Origin: a bacterium
Lineage (GTDB): Bacteria; SAR324; JACQKK01
Reading direction: 5' to 3'
DNA length: 64,000 bases
NCBI GenBank assembly: GCA_965240465.1
Contig: OZ251219.1
Coordinates: forward strand, 672,001 to 736,000
This document shows, piece by piece, positions 1 through 10,219 of the stretch; the stretch's first letter is position 1; every line of letters starts with the position of its first letter. Both the position numbers and the translations under genes were made by a program. A model generated the notes under the pieces. It was not told the DNA's origin. It saw nothing but the letters and a program-made list of their open reading frames with translations, and made no database searches.

Positions 1-133
1 CTAAATTTACTCCATTCAGCATTAACTCAATGCAAAGCAAAATCACGATCGCATTACGACGCAAAATCACTCCAAAAGCTCCCAAACAGAACAAAGCTGC
101 ACTCAAGACCAAGGCTCCATCCAACATGCTCAT
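1..133 (-). CDS. nuoK: NADH-quinone oxidoreductase subunit K (runs off window start)
   Basis: Manual translation [44 protein letters not shown] has the NuoK RRN and IELMLN motifs; ATGA overlap with the nuoJ stop. Confidence 0.9.
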   Translation of the reverse strand, partial: MSMLDGALVLSAALFCLGAFGVILRRNAIVILLCIELMLNGVNL

Positions 134-675
134 CCGCTATCCTCCTGACTTTCTCCCTCAGGAGGAGGAACTTGGCGTCGCTTGGCAATCACTACAGCCC
201 CAATCACCGCTACCAGCAAAATAATGGAAATAGCTTCAAAGGGTAGTAAGTAATCCACCAAGAGGGTGTCTCCAATCGCCCGTACCGAACCCTCTTCTAC
301 TAGCTTTTCAATCGGATATTCTCCCAGGATCCCCAGATTCTCCTCGGCTTTGAGTAACAAAATTGATAACTGGATAAACAAACCCCCGCAAGCTAAACCA
401 GCTACGATGGTTCTTAAGGGCCAGCGTAATCCAAAGGCGGAATCTTCTTTTAGGTTCAGTAACATGATCACAAATAAAAACAAGACCACGATCGCCCCAG
501 CATAAATTAGTATTTGCACCGCAGCAATGAATTCCTGACCCAGCAGAATGAAGATTCCCGCTACCGCCAACAGACATGCCACCAGCGATAAAGCACAGTA
601 AACTGGATTACGCCCTAGTACTACCCCAAAAGCTCCTAGCAAGCTAAAGAAAGCTAGTAGATAAAATATTGTCAT
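130..675 (-). CDS. nuoJ: NADH-quinone oxidoreductase subunit J
   Basis: Hydrophobic; [28 protein letters not shown] and YLLPFE motifs. Confidence 0.95.
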   Translation of the reverse strand: MTIFYLLAFFSLLGAFGVVLGRNPVYCALSLVACLLAVAGIFILLGQEFIAAVQILIYAGAIVVLFLFVIMLLNLKEDSAFGLRWPLRTIVAGLACGGLFIQLSILLLKAEENLGILGEYPIEKLVEEGSVRAIGDTLLVDYLLPFEAISIILLVAVIGAVVIAKRRQVPPPEGESQEDSG

Positions 676-697
676 AAGTTCACGGTGGGCTTAAGCT

Positions 698-2323
698 CTA
701 CTGGATGTTTTTCAAAGAAGAGAGGTCAAAAGGTTTTCCTTGGGGTCCGATGTGATCCCAGCTAAGTCCGTTCCAGGGTCCTTTCAGACGACTTAGGGCT
801 GCTAGTACTTCTTTGCCATCAGCCAGAGGGGGGCTATTTTTCAGTTGTTGTAGCAAGGAGCTAAGTACGAAGATAGCGTCGGAGCAATTTTCAGGAGGTT
901 TGATGGCAGGCTGGATTCTTTGGATGCGTCCTAGTTTATTGATATAGGTTCCATATTTTTCGGCGTGGGTGTAGATTGGGAAGACCACATCGGCAGTTTT
1001 GCTCCAGACGTTTTCAGTGTGTCCGAGGTGGATACGCAGTTTAGCTTGGGCGAGGGTATCGTGGAGTACTTGGTGTTGGAGGAAAGGTGAGCCCAGTATC
1101 CAGATCACGGAGGCTTTTTTAGCTGCATCCAGGATTTTATTACCATTGGGATCGGGCACTAGTCCCAGCAGGGAGGCCCCGGTGGTATTGGGAGATTTAT
1201 CGGTAGTGAGCAGGGTGTAGATGAAGGGGTCTGGATGATTTTTAGGAGGAGCAATGGCGGTTTTGCCTGGGCAGAAGGGGAAGAACACTACCGACTGGTT
1301 AAAGCCTTGTTGCATGAGAGTGCGTAGCATAAAGAGTTCTTCATTGGTAGCTGCGGAATCGCTGATAGCTAGTATTTCAGTGGGTGGAGGTTGCAATTCC
1401 TTAATGCGTTCCAGCAAGGCGGTGATAAGAGCAGACAGTTCGGCTGGCTGTTGCTTTCCTGCTACCATAGCCAGGGGTGTTGTGAGGCGGTTGCGACTAT
1501 TAGGTAGCTGATGATGACTTAAACGCCCTTCGTCACACATCCACCAGCGGTTCACCTCGTGATTTTCTCGTGGTTTGATGCGGTAGATGTGGTTATCGTG
1601 GTGGTCAAGGTTTATGTTGCAACCAGTGGAGCAACCGTTGCAGACGGAGGGGGTGTTCTTTAGTTTCCAGGCTCGTTTTTTGAAACGCCAGTCTTTTTCC
1701 ATGATGCACCCTACGGGGCAGATATCGGCTAGATTGCCTTGGAATTTATGGGTGATTTTTTGGTCTGAGAAGGTATCAAAAGTGAGTTCGTGACTGCGGA
1801 AGAACATGCTGAAGTCGTGGCTGCCGGTTATTTCTTTGCTAAAGCGTTCGCAAAGTGAGCAGTGAATACAGCGATTACGTTCCAGTTCTAGGAAGGTTCC
1901 TATTTCACGCCGACCGTAGGTACGTTTTTCGTATTCCATTTCTGAGTTACCACTGCCGTAGCGAAAGGCGAAGTCTTGCAGATCGCATTCACCAGCTTGA
2001 TCGCAGATGGAGCAATCCAGCGGGTGATTCATCAAGATGTATTCGTTGACCAGTTTTTGTCCTGCGATTGCCTTGGGCGATTCGGTGAGTACTCTCATGC
2101 CAGGGGCCGCGGGCATGGCACAGGAAGCCTGCAATTTAGGGCTAGGGTGTCCATCACCTAAGTCGGTAATTTCTACTAGGCACTGACGGCATTGGGCGGT
2201 TATGCTCAAGCCAGGGTGGTAGCAGTAATGAGGGATTTCAATTTTGTTACGCAGTACCGCAGGGAGGATGTTTTCCCCTTCGGCAAAGGTTATTTCCTTA
2301 TCGTTGATGAACAAAGTGGGCAT
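698..2323 (-). CDS. nuoG: NADH-quinone oxidoreductase subunit G (short form, 541 aa)
   Basis: IPHYCYHP, CRQCLVE, HPLDCSICDQAGECDLQD and RCIHCSLC Fe-S motifs; nuo context. Confidence 0.93.
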   Translation of the reverse strand: MPTLFINDKEITFAEGENILPAVLRNKIEIPHYCYHPGLSITAQCRQCLVEITDLGDGHPSPKLQASCAMPAAPGMRVLTESPKAIAGQKLVNEYILMNHPLDCSICDQAGECDLQDFAFRYGSGNSEMEYEKRTYGRREIGTFLELERNRCIHCSLCERFSKEITGSHDFSMFFRSHELTFDTFSDQKITHKFQGNLADICPVGCIMEKDWRFKKRAWKLKNTPSVCNGCSTGCNINLDHHDNHIYRIKPRENHEVNRWWMCDEGRLSHHQLPNSRNRLTTPLAMVAGKQQPAELSALITALLERIKELQPPPTEILAISDSAATNEELFMLRTLMQQGFNQSVVFFPFCPGKTAIAPPKNHPDPFIYTLLTTDKSPNTTGASLLGLVPDPNGNKILDAAKKASVIWILGSPFLQHQVLHDTLAQAKLRIHLGHTENVWSKTADVVFPIYTHAEKYGTYINKLGRIQRIQPAIKPPENCSDAIFVLSSLLQQLKNSPPLADGKEVLAALSRLKGPWNGLSWDHIGPQGKPFDLSSLKNIQ

Positions 2324-2436
2324 GGTTTTACGATTTTACCTGATTTTTATGTTTTTGGAATGCAAATGATTAAGCCAGCTTATTAAGTCAAGCGATGAGT
2401 GGAGCTATGAGTGAAGATAGCAGGAAGAATTAAGCA

Positions 2437-3702
2437 TTAGATCAACCGATGAGAAAAGTAGTGGCGGAATTCGGCTGGGAATTTTTGTATAAAGGCTTGC
2501 ATGGGAGCACCGGCGGCTTCTCCGAAGGCACAGATGGTTGTACCGATCATATTACCAGCGATGCGATTCATGCGTTGTAGGAGGTCTTCATTACCGGCTT
2601 TGTCTAGGAATTGTCGCATCATTTGTCGTATCCAGAGGGTTCCTTCTCGGCAGGGGGTGCATTGGCCGCAGGATTCGTGGTTAAAGAATCGGATGGTGCG
2701 TTCAGCTAGTTGTACCACGTCGGTTTTTTCATCAAAGACCATTAGAGCTCCAGAGCCTCTCATGGTTTGGGCTTTAGCGAGGCTATCGAAGTCGTAGGGG
2801 ATGTTTATTTCATCGGCTTTTAGTACACTGGCAGAAGCTCCTCCTGGGATAACGGCCTTTAGCAGGCGATTTTGGTGCAAGCCGCCGCCAAAATGCTGGA
2901 TGATATGTGGGAGTTGGTGTCCCATTTCCAGTTCATAGACGCCGGGTTTGTTCACATGTCCGCTGAGGCACACCAGTTGAGTGCCGCTATTTTTGGGAGT
3001 GCCGTATTGAGCGAATTTACTAGCTCCTTCTGCGAGGATTAGGGGGATATTAGCCAGGGTTTCCACATTATTGACGGTGGTAGGGCAGCCATCAAAGCCA
3101 GACTGAGCGGGAAATGGAGGCCTAAAGCGGGGTTGACCGCGTTTTCCTTCCAGTGAGTCCAGCAGGGCGGTTTCTTCTCCACAGATATATGCCCCAGCCC
3201 CAGGGTGGATGGTCAGTTCTAATGGCTGGAGGCTCAAGGATAATAGTCCCGCTTGGCGTGCTTCATCAACTGCCTTTTGCATTATTTGAATGGCAGCTAC
3301 CGATTCGCCCCGAATATAAATATATCCGTGCTGGCAACCGATGGCATAACAACCCAGCATCATTCCTTCTAGGAATAAGTGGGGGTCTTGGAGCATCAAC
3401 AAATGGTCTTTGAAGGTGCCGGGTTCACTTTCATCGGCATTGGCTACTAGGTAGTTGGGCTTATCTTTAGCCAGTGGAGGCATAAAACTCCACTTAGCAC
3501 CAGTAGGAAACCCCGCTCCGCCCCGCCCTCGCAAGCCAGATTCCTTGACAATTTCTATCAGCCGAGCTGGAGAGCAATCATTTAACACCTGTCGCCAAGC
3601 CCTATAGCCTCCTGCTTTAAGATATGCTCGCAAGCTACCGTCATAGTCTCTCCTGCGAATGTTGCGTAACAACCATAGGGTTTCTTTTGAGGTCTCTATC
3701 AT
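2437..3702 (-). CDS. nuoF: NADH-quinone oxidoreductase subunit F
   Basis: GLRGRGGAGFPTG, NADESEPG, GAGAYICGEET, ESCGQCTPCREG; start moved to ATG at 3702 just after nuoE. Confidence 0.97.
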   Translation of the reverse strand: MIETSKETLWLLRNIRRRDYDGSLRAYLKAGGYRAWRQVLNDCSPARLIEIVKESGLRGRGGAGFPTGAKWSFMPPLAKDKPNYLVANADESEPGTFKDHLLMLQDPHLFLEGMMLGCYAIGCQHGYIYIRGESVAAIQIMQKAVDEARQAGLLSLSLQPLELTIHPGAGAYICGEETALLDSLEGKRGQPRFRPPFPAQSGFDGCPTTVNNVETLANIPLILAEGASKFAQYGTPKNSGTQLVCLSGHVNKPGVYELEMGHQLPHIIQHFGGGLHQNRLLKAVIPGGASASVLKADEINIPYDFDSLAKAQTMRGSGALMVFDEKTDVVQLAERTIRFFNHESCGQCTPCREGTLWIRQMMRQFLDKAGNEDLLQRMNRIAGNMIGTTICAFGEAAGAPMQAFIQKFPAEFRHYFSHRLI

Positions 3703-3703
3703 A

Positions 3704-4234
3704 CTAACTATTGAACCTTGTATTTGCCAAAGGCAATATCTGAATGGCATCCTCATTACCGCTATAGACCGCATCAATCCATTCGTCCACTACTTCTAGT
3801 TTTAGCGGGCCATATAATTGCAAGTTAACCATCATCAAAGGGGCTTTATCGCAGGCTGCCAAGCATTGGGCTTCCTCCAAGCTGAATAGATTATCAGCAG
3901 TGATCCCTCCAGCGTGAATTTTTAGGTACTCCTCCAGATGTTTCATTAGATCCAAGCCTCCACATAGCCCACAAGGCAGGCAGCTACATACCATCAGGTG
4001 ATATTGACCAACTGGATGACGCTTAAACATGTTGTAAAAGGTCACCACCCCCCGTACATGATTCAAACTAGTTTCACACAATTCAGCCACACAGACATCC
4101 CAGCCCGGCGGCAACCAGCCGCCATTATCTCTTTGAGCTAGGTGCAGAATAGGCAACAAAGCGTGAACTTTTTTAGGATAACGGGCAAAAAGTTCGTTCA
4201 CTTCTGCCATCGTTTGCTTGCTAAATTTAGCCAT
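3704..4234 (-). CDS. nuoE: NADH-quinone oxidoreductase subunit E
   Basis: VVTFYNMF, CxxxxC and CLAACDKAP 2Fe-2S motifs. Confidence 0.95.
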   Translation of the reverse strand: MAKFSKQTMAEVNELFARYPKKVHALLPILHLAQRDNGGWLPPGWDVCVAELCETSLNHVRGVVTFYNMFKRHPVGQYHLMVCSCLPCGLCGGLDLMKHLEEYLKIHAGGITADNLFSLEEAQCLAACDKAPLMMVNLQLYGPLKLEVVDEWIDAVYSGNEDAIQILPLANTRFNS

Positions 4235-4303
4235 CTTTTTAGATCAACAAGCCATCAGAAACATGCTCCCTACTAGAACATATACCGATCATGGGATGTT
4301 CCG

Positions 4304-7300
4304 TCAAAGGTTAATTCTGAAGGATTCACGCCAAAGCACCCGATAAATGCGGAGACGCTTTTTTCCAGATAGGAGTTTTTTGGTAGTTTTTGCTAAGGCG
4401 ATCCTCTGCCCTCCAGTCAACAAACTAATTAGCCCCTTGGTACTTTGCAAAGGAATGACCATCCCAGGACGCAATTGCATTAAATCTTTCACCAAAAGGT
4501 GAGCTTGCCCGATCTCACAAACAGTCGGCAAACGGACTTCCAACAAAGGATTGGAAGAGGTCTCCCCACTTATTATGCCACCGATTCCTCCGCCACCGAT
4601 TCCTCCGCCACCGATTCCTCCGCCACCGATTCCTCCGCCACCGATTCCTCCGCCACCGATTCCTCTACCATTTTCGCCTATTCCTCTGCCCTTATCTCCG
4701 CCTATTTTGTCATCAATTGGCTTGTCTCTTTCCACTTTTCTGGGAAGCATCAATTCAAAGGGTGAGGGGGTAGGTTGAGGTTTTTTGGCAGTTTTTGCAG
4801 CAAGTTTTGGGGCAAGTTTTGGGGCAAGTTTTGCGATGGGTTTCGCAATGGGCTTTAATTTGTATGGTACCGCAGATGACACTGGGGGTGGTTTGGCAGG
4901 TTTTTCTAACGAAAGTGGATCTTTGTGTTGGGGATGCACCAGGGGCCAGCTGGCAGGCTGATATGTTTTTTCCTTTTTAGTTACAGAAACAGGAGTAGTT
5001 TTGGTAGCGGGTGGGGTTGGGGTTTTGGAGGGTATTGTTGGTATGGCTTTGGCAGGTATTTTTGGTGGTATTTTTCTGTCGGGAGGAGTTTTTTCTAATG
5101 GTGTTGTTTTGGTTGGAGGAGGCAGTTTTTGTGGTGTGGTCAGGATGAGCGGTTCAGCGAGATTGGGGTCGGGCGGTGTTTTTGGTTTTTGAGTGTCTTT
5201 GTCTTGGAAGGTTTCCAATATATCAGCTGCTTTAGCGATGGCTTGTTCTAGGCTCAGAATATCTTCTTCACTGAGGAAGGGGTCGGCTTCTAGGAGATGT
5301 TCTTGGTAGTCGGTAGGTGTTTGATCTTTTTTGGGAAGGATATTTTGAGGAGGAGGTTCATCCCAGAATCCATTTGTTTTTGTTGCTGATTCAGGGAGGG
5401 TGAAAGCCTTGGTTGTTGCTGGGTCAGGTTTTTTTTCTGCCTCGGGGGGCAATTTTGTTTCAAGTGGAATTTGGAATGGTTCAATCTCAGGAGGCAATTC
5501 TGGATCGGGGAGCGATTTTTCCTCGGGAGGCAATTTTTCCTCAGAGGGCAATTTTGTTTCAAGCGGAATTTGGAATGGTTCAATCTCAGGAGGCAATTCT
5601 GCTTGGGTCAGTGTCAGGGGGGTGTCGGGTTGTTTTTCTTGAACGGGGATTTTTTGGGGTTCTTTGAGCTCTTTGAGCTCTTGGAGGGGTGGGGGGAGTT
5701 GGAGGGTTTTTTTGTCAATTGGTGGTGTTATTGTTGGTGAGGTTAGCACTGGTTTGATCACCTCTGGGGGTTCAATTTTAGGTGGATCTGTTTTTGGAAG
5801 TTTTATTTCTGGGGTTGGTTGTGCAGGGAGTACAGTTGCCTCTGGGATTGCCTCTGGGATTGCCTTTGGGATTGCCTTTGGGATTGCCTTTGGGGTTATT
5901 TTTGATAAATGTTCTTTTAGAGGGAAAGGTTTTCCGATTTTAGCGGGGGGTTCTGTTTGGTCTTGTTTGTAGATGGTACTGAGGATCTTAGTGGATTCTA
6001 CTAGGGTTTTTTCGGCTTGAGCTTTTATTTGAGGATCGGAATCTTTTTGTATCAGGGGTGTAGCTGGCAGTGGCTCGGCTGGGGGGGGTCCAAAGCCATT
6101 GGAAGTATTTGCTGTTATTTCAGTTTCAGCGACAATTTCTTCTGGTTTTTGTTTTTCTAGAGTGGGGAATTTTTCTTCCTCAGTGGCTGCGGGCAGTTTT
6201 TTTAGGGTGAGGGGTTTTTGGATTGTCGCTGGGGTTTTTTCTTTGGCAGGGATTTTTTCTTCTTTGGACAGAGTGGCTGCGGGCAGTTTTTTTAGGGTGA
6301 GGGGTTTTTGGATTGTCGCTGGGGTTTTTTCTTTGGCAGGGATTTTTTCTTCTTTGGACAGAGTGGCTACGGGCAGTTTTTTTAGGGTGAGGGGTTTTTG
6401 GATTGTCGCTGGGGTTTTTTCTTTGGCAGGGATTTTTTCTTCTTTGGACAGAGTGGCTACGGGCAGTTTTTTTAGGGTGAGGGGTTTTTGGATTGTCGCT
6501 GGGGTTTTTTCTTTGGCAGGGATTTTTTCTTCTTTGGACAGAGTGGCTACGGGCAGTTTTTTTAGGGTGAGGGGTTTTTGGATTGTCGCTGGGGTTTTTT
6601 CTTTGGCAGGGATTTTTTCTTCTTTGGCAGGAGTTTTTTCTTCTTTGGACAGAGTGGCTGCGGGCAGTTTTCCTAGGGTGAGGGGTTTTTGGATTGTCGC
6701 GGTTTTTTTTGTTTGATCTTGTTGGCTGAGAACACTAAGTATTTCAGTGGATTTTTCTAGTATTTGTTCGGCTTCGGTGATGGCTTGGGATTTGTTTTTG
6801 GGGTCGGAATCTTTCTCTGTAGGGTGTGTGGTGGATAATGGCTCAGCTGGCGGTGGTTGAGAGGTTTGCGGGGTTGGTCGGAGGGTCTCAAAGGCATCAT
6901 TTATTTTGGTGGGTTCAGGAGGAGGTTTATTCCAGAAGCCATTGGTGGTATCCTCAGGTTTTTCTATTTTTGCTGGTTCTGAGTCTTTACTGGCTTTTAC
7001 TTCGGGGAGCGGGATTGATGGCGGGATTGATGGCGGGATTTCTTTAGACAGGCTAGTCACAGGTGGGATGCGATCGGGGGTAGTGTCTGGCTTGGGAGTA
7101 GTGTATGGCTTGGGAGTAGTGTATGGCTTGGGAGTAGGATCGGCAGGGTGGTGATCAGTAGGGGTAGTTTTTTCGGGTATGGTTAGGAAGGTATCTGGGA
7201 AGTCCTCGGACCATTTATCGGCGGCGGGCAAGCGAGTCTGTAGCTCTTCCATGTCCTTCATTAGCTCTGCTACAGAGGGGAGCGAGGCTGATTTTCTTTT

Positions 7301-7309
7301 AAGTTTCAT
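4304..7309 (-). CDS. Pro/Thr/Lys-rich low-complexity protein with C-terminal FliM/FliN (SPOA)-like domain
   Basis: 1001-aa ORF; last ~80 aa (LLEVRLPTVCEIGQAHLLVKDLMQLRPGMVIPL) resemble the SPOA fold. Confidence 0.55.
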   Translation of the reverse strand: MKLKRKSASLPSVAELMKDMEELQTRLPAADKWSEDFPDTFLTIPEKTTPTDHHPADPTPKPYTTPKPYTTPKPDTTPDRIPPVTSLSKEIPPSIPPSIPLPEVKASKDSEPAKIEKPEDTTNGFWNKPPPEPTKINDAFETLRPTPQTSQPPPAEPLSTTHPTEKDSDPKNKSQAITEAEQILEKSTEILSVLSQQDQTKKTATIQKPLTLGKLPAATLSKEEKTPAKEEKIPAKEKTPATIQKPLTLKKLPVATLSKEEKIPAKEKTPATIQKPLTLKKLPVATLSKEEKIPAKEKTPATIQKPLTLKKLPVATLSKEEKIPAKEKTPATIQKPLTLKKLPAATLSKEEKIPAKEKTPATIQKPLTLKKLPAATEEEKFPTLEKQKPEEIVAETEITANTSNGFGPPPAEPLPATPLIQKDSDPQIKAQAEKTLVESTKILSTIYKQDQTEPPAKIGKPFPLKEHLSKITPKAIPKAIPKAIPEAIPEATVLPAQPTPEIKLPKTDPPKIEPPEVIKPVLTSPTITPPIDKKTLQLPPPLQELKELKEPQKIPVQEKQPDTPLTLTQAELPPEIEPFQIPLETKLPSEEKLPPEEKSLPDPELPPEIEPFQIPLETKLPPEAEKKPDPATTKAFTLPESATKTNGFWDEPPPQNILPKKDQTPTDYQEHLLEADPFLSEEDILSLEQAIAKAADILETFQDKDTQKPKTPPDPNLAEPLILTTPQKLPPPTKTTPLEKTPPDRKIPPKIPAKAIPTIPSKTPTPPATKTTPVSVTKKEKTYQPASWPLVHPQHKDPLSLEKPAKPPPVSSAVPYKLKPIAKPIAKLAPKLAPKLAAKTAKKPQPTPSPFELMLPRKVERDKPIDDKIGGDKGRGIGENGRGIGGGGIGGGGIGGGGIGGGGIGGGGIGGIISGETSSNPLLEVRLPTVCEIGQAHLLVKDLMQLRPGMVIPLQSTKGLISLLTGGQRIALAKTTKKLLSGKKRLRIYRVLWRESFRINL
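4577..4665. repeat. 15-bp in-frame tandem repeat (GGGGI)
   Basis: CCACCGATTCCTCCG x5-6. Confidence 0.9.
6183..6700. repeat. 90-bp in-frame tandem repeat (30 aa), ~5.5 copies
   Basis: Near-identical units encoding EEKIPAKEKTPATIQKPLTLKKLPVATLSK. Confidence 0.95.
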
Positions 7310-7402
7310 GAGGTTTGGTGGGGTAGGATTAATTTCGGCAGGGAGCTACCGATAAGAACTCTGGTGCCTTATACTCCAGACATTCAAAAAGTATGCAGTT
7401 TC

Positions 7403-8767
7403 TTAATGAGAGGGGGTAGAATGCGGTTCTATTTGTCGGCTGAGATTGCTGAATTTGGTATATTGCGGCCTGAAGCTAAGCTGGATCCCGTGTTCTGAGG
7501 TGGTGATGGGGCCATTTCTATGCTTGGCGATGTGTAATTCTGCCACTCCTTTGAAGTCGGTGTTGGGATTGTAGACCTCATCACGGTAGATGAACATCAC
7601 CAGATCTGCATCTTGCTCGATGGCACCCGATTCTCGTAGATCGGATAATCGGGGGCGTTTATTGACTCGGGTTTCCAGCATGCGATTTAGTTGGGCACAG
7701 GCGATAACGGGTATTTCTAGGTCTTTGGCTAGTGCCTTGAGGCTACGGGAAACGTAGGCGATTTCTTGTTCGCGGTTATCATGTTTGAGATGGCTTTGCA
7801 TGAGTTGGAGGTAGTCCACCACTACTAAGGCGAGGCTATGTTCGGTTTTGATACGGCGGGCGATTGCCCGAGCATTTAGAGGGCTCATTTCGGGGGTATC
7901 GTCAATAAAGATGGGTAGATTAGCTAGTTGGCTGGTGACTTTAATAATTCTGTCCCATTCGGGTTGGTTCATTTTGCCGGCTTCCATTTTTTTGCTTTCA
8001 ATGCAGGCATTTGAGCATAGCAATCGGCGTCCTAGTTGTTCTTTGGACATTTCTAGGCTAAACATCAGCACTCTTTTTTGGGTATGCTGAGCGACATGTT
8101 GGGCGATGGAAAGGGCTAGCGAGGTCTTTCCCATGGAGGGTCGGGATGCCAACACGATCAGCTCTGAGGGTTGTAGTCCATTGGTTAATTTGTCTAGTTC
8201 TACAAAGCCCGAAGGTAATCCCAGCAGCTGTCCCTTGAGGGATTGAGCTTTCTCTAACTGGGTGAAATTGATTTCTAGGATGCTTTTTAGATCATAAAAA
8301 CTGCGGCGTACGGATCTATTGGCTAGCTCTAAGAAAATATCCTCGGCTTCATGGATTAGCTTGCCGACATCTTCGGTATTTTGGCGTCCTTGGTTGGCGA
8401 TGTTAACCGCGGATTCAATCAGCTGTCGTAGCTGATATTTTTCTCGGACAATGTTTGCATACACCAACACATTGGCAGTTACTGGTACCGATTCATTAAG
8501 TTCCGCCAGATAGAGCGGGCCTCCTATTTCGTCTAGGGTTCCGCGGCTACGCAGGTGGCTAACCAGAGTGATGTCGTCAATGGGTTCTTGACGCTCGGTC
8601 ATGGCTTCCATGGCTTGGAATATTACTCGGTGGGTGGGCGAAAAGAAGCTTTCTGCCTGTAGTACATCGGTAACCTGAAAGAAGCACTCATTGTTTTGGA
8701 GTACAGCCCCTAGTACTCCTTGCTCGGCTTCTTTGTCGTGTGGGGGCAGTTGTGCGGTATCAGCCAT
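7403..8767 (-). CDS. dnaB: Replicative DNA helicase
   Basis: PPHDKEAEQGVLG, RPSMGKT, VVDYLQLM, LSDLRESGAIEQDAD; start at MADTAQ. Confidence 0.98.
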   Translation of the reverse strand: MADTAQLPPHDKEAEQGVLGAVLQNNECFFQVTDVLQAESFFSPTHRVIFQAMEAMTERQEPIDDITLVSHLRSRGTLDEIGGPLYLAELNESVPVTANVLVYANIVREKYQLRQLIESAVNIANQGRQNTEDVGKLIHEAEDIFLELANRSVRRSFYDLKSILEINFTQLEKAQSLKGQLLGLPSGFVELDKLTNGLQPSELIVLASRPSMGKTSLALSIAQHVAQHTQKRVLMFSLEMSKEQLGRRLLCSNACIESKKMEAGKMNQPEWDRIIKVTSQLANLPIFIDDTPEMSPLNARAIARRIKTEHSLALVVVDYLQLMQSHLKHDNREQEIAYVSRSLKALAKDLEIPVIACAQLNRMLETRVNKRPRLSDLRESGAIEQDADLVMFIYRDEVYNPNTDFKGVAELHIAKHRNGPITTSEHGIQLSFRPQYTKFSNLSRQIEPHSTPSH

Positions 8768-8854
8768 GTTTTTTTGCAAGCTAGGAAAAATGTATAGCAA
8801 CCAACCTTAAATCAGGATGGATATGGTATCCCAATCAGCTGAGTTCTCCAAGAG

Positions 8855-9274
8855 TTAATCAAGCTTTGGGGGGTGGGGGGGTAGCGAGTTGTATTGAATT
8901 TGACAACCTAGTCGTTCTACAAATTCACGGAAGTCCACTGGTGGTGATGATTGTTGATAGAGCAGCTTAAGGGCGGTGGTGATGATTGGGGGGGGGTAGT
9001 TCACGATGTTGAAGGCAGAAGCCTCGGGTCCGAGGGATTTTTTAAGGATTTTTTGATAAGGCAGGGTAATTTTGGGATGTAGTTGGTGGAGTTGCCATAG
9101 TTTTCGGGCAATTTGGTCGTAGGCGGGATCACTTATGAGGGGTTGTTGCAGGCGGTTATAGAGGAAGTTATGGAGCAGGTATTGGTAGGCTAGTCGCCTT
9201 AGTTGTGGCTGGATGGCAGTTGTGGGGGGGGTGGGGGTGGGGGTGGAGTTTGGAGGATTGGGCGGGGTAGGCAT
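8855..9274 (-). CDS. Small protein resembling the N-terminal domain Ia of NAD-dependent DNA ligase
   Basis: HNFLYNRLQQPLISDPAYDQI resembles the LigA Ia motif H..YY..D.P.ISDAEYD. Confidence 0.6.
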   Translation of the reverse strand: MPTPPNPPNSTPTPTPPTTAIQPQLRRLAYQYLLHNFLYNRLQQPLISDPAYDQIARKLWQLHQLHPKITLPYQKILKKSLGPEASAFNIVNYPPPIITTALKLLYQQSSPPVDFREFVERLGCQIQYNSLPPHPPKLD

Positions 9275-9324
9275 AGCGGTTGTTCTGGGGAAATTTTTAG
9301 CAGGGATTAGGCAGGAGGGATTGT

Positions 9325-9420
9325 TTTAGTTGCAGTGTTTTAGTTGCAGTGTTTTAGTTGCAGTGTTTTAGTTGAAGTATCTAGTTGCAGTGTTTTAGTT
9401 GAAGTATCTAGTTGCAGTGC
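9325..9420. repeat. Intergenic ~13-bp tandem repeat
   Basis: TTTTAGTTGCAGTG-like units. Confidence 0.85.
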
Positions 9421-9421
9421 C

Positions 9422-10219
9422 TTATTTATTTGCCTCAGTAATTTGTACGATTACCTTGACTAGGGCAGGCATGTTTTGTTGGGAGGGTTGGGCGGTTACT
9501 TTTAGTCCGTGGAGGTTGGCGATTTCAGAGGTAATGCTTCCTAGGCAGGCGGTGCGGGGTTGATGGGTTTGGAGGGCGTGTCTGGCAGCTGAGGAGAGGG
9601 CATCAATGAAGTTGCTCACGGCTTGAGGACTGGTAAAGGTGAGCCAGTTAATTTGGCCTTTCATGATGGCGGGTTCGGCTTTGGCGAGTCCGGATTTGGG
9701 TGGGATGGTTTGGTAGACGGGGATGATTTTCACTTTATGGCCGGATTTTTTCAATCCATTTTCTAGTACGGAGCGGGCTTTTAGGGAGCGAGGGATCCAG
9801 ATGGTTGTTTTTTTGGGTAGTACCTTAAGTAATTGGAGGAGCAGGTTTTCTTGTTTGGATACATCGGGGACGAGGCTGGGTTTGAGTTGGCAGGCGTGCA
9901 TTTGGGCGGCGGTGCTGGCACCGATGGCAGCTAGGGAGGAGAGTTTGAGTTTTTTTAAGGGTTGTGCTTGTTCATTTAGGTGCTGGACTAGTCTTTTAAC
10001 GGCGGTGGTGCTGGTAAAGACGATCCAGTGAGATGGTTTTAGTTGTTGGTAGAATTTGTGGCAGTCATCCCATGAAGGTGGAGGCTCAAAAAGCAGCATG
10101 GGACATTCTAGTACTTCTGCCCCTTGTGCTTGGAGTAATGAACTGAGATCTTCAGCTGTTTCAGCTGGTCTGGTATTGAGGATGTTCTGCCCTTGTAGCG
10201 GTTTTTTAGTAGTGTTCAT
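9422..10219 (-). CDS. hemD: Uroporphyrinogen-III synthase
   Basis: ILNTRP, WIVFTS, AAIGAST, VYQT, TFTSPQAV; directly downstream of hemA. Confidence 0.9.
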   Translation of the reverse strand: MNTTKKPLQGQNILNTRPAETAEDLSSLLQAQGAEVLECPMLLFEPPPSWDDCHKFYQQLKPSHWIVFTSTTAVKRLVQHLNEQAQPLKKLKLSSLAAIGASTAAQMHACQLKPSLVPDVSKQENLLLQLLKVLPKKTTIWIPRSLKARSVLENGLKKSGHKVKIIPVYQTIPPKSGLAKAEPAIMKGQINWLTFTSPQAVSNFIDALSSAARHALQTHQPRTACLGSITSEIANLHGLKVTAQPSQQNMPALVKVIVQITEANK

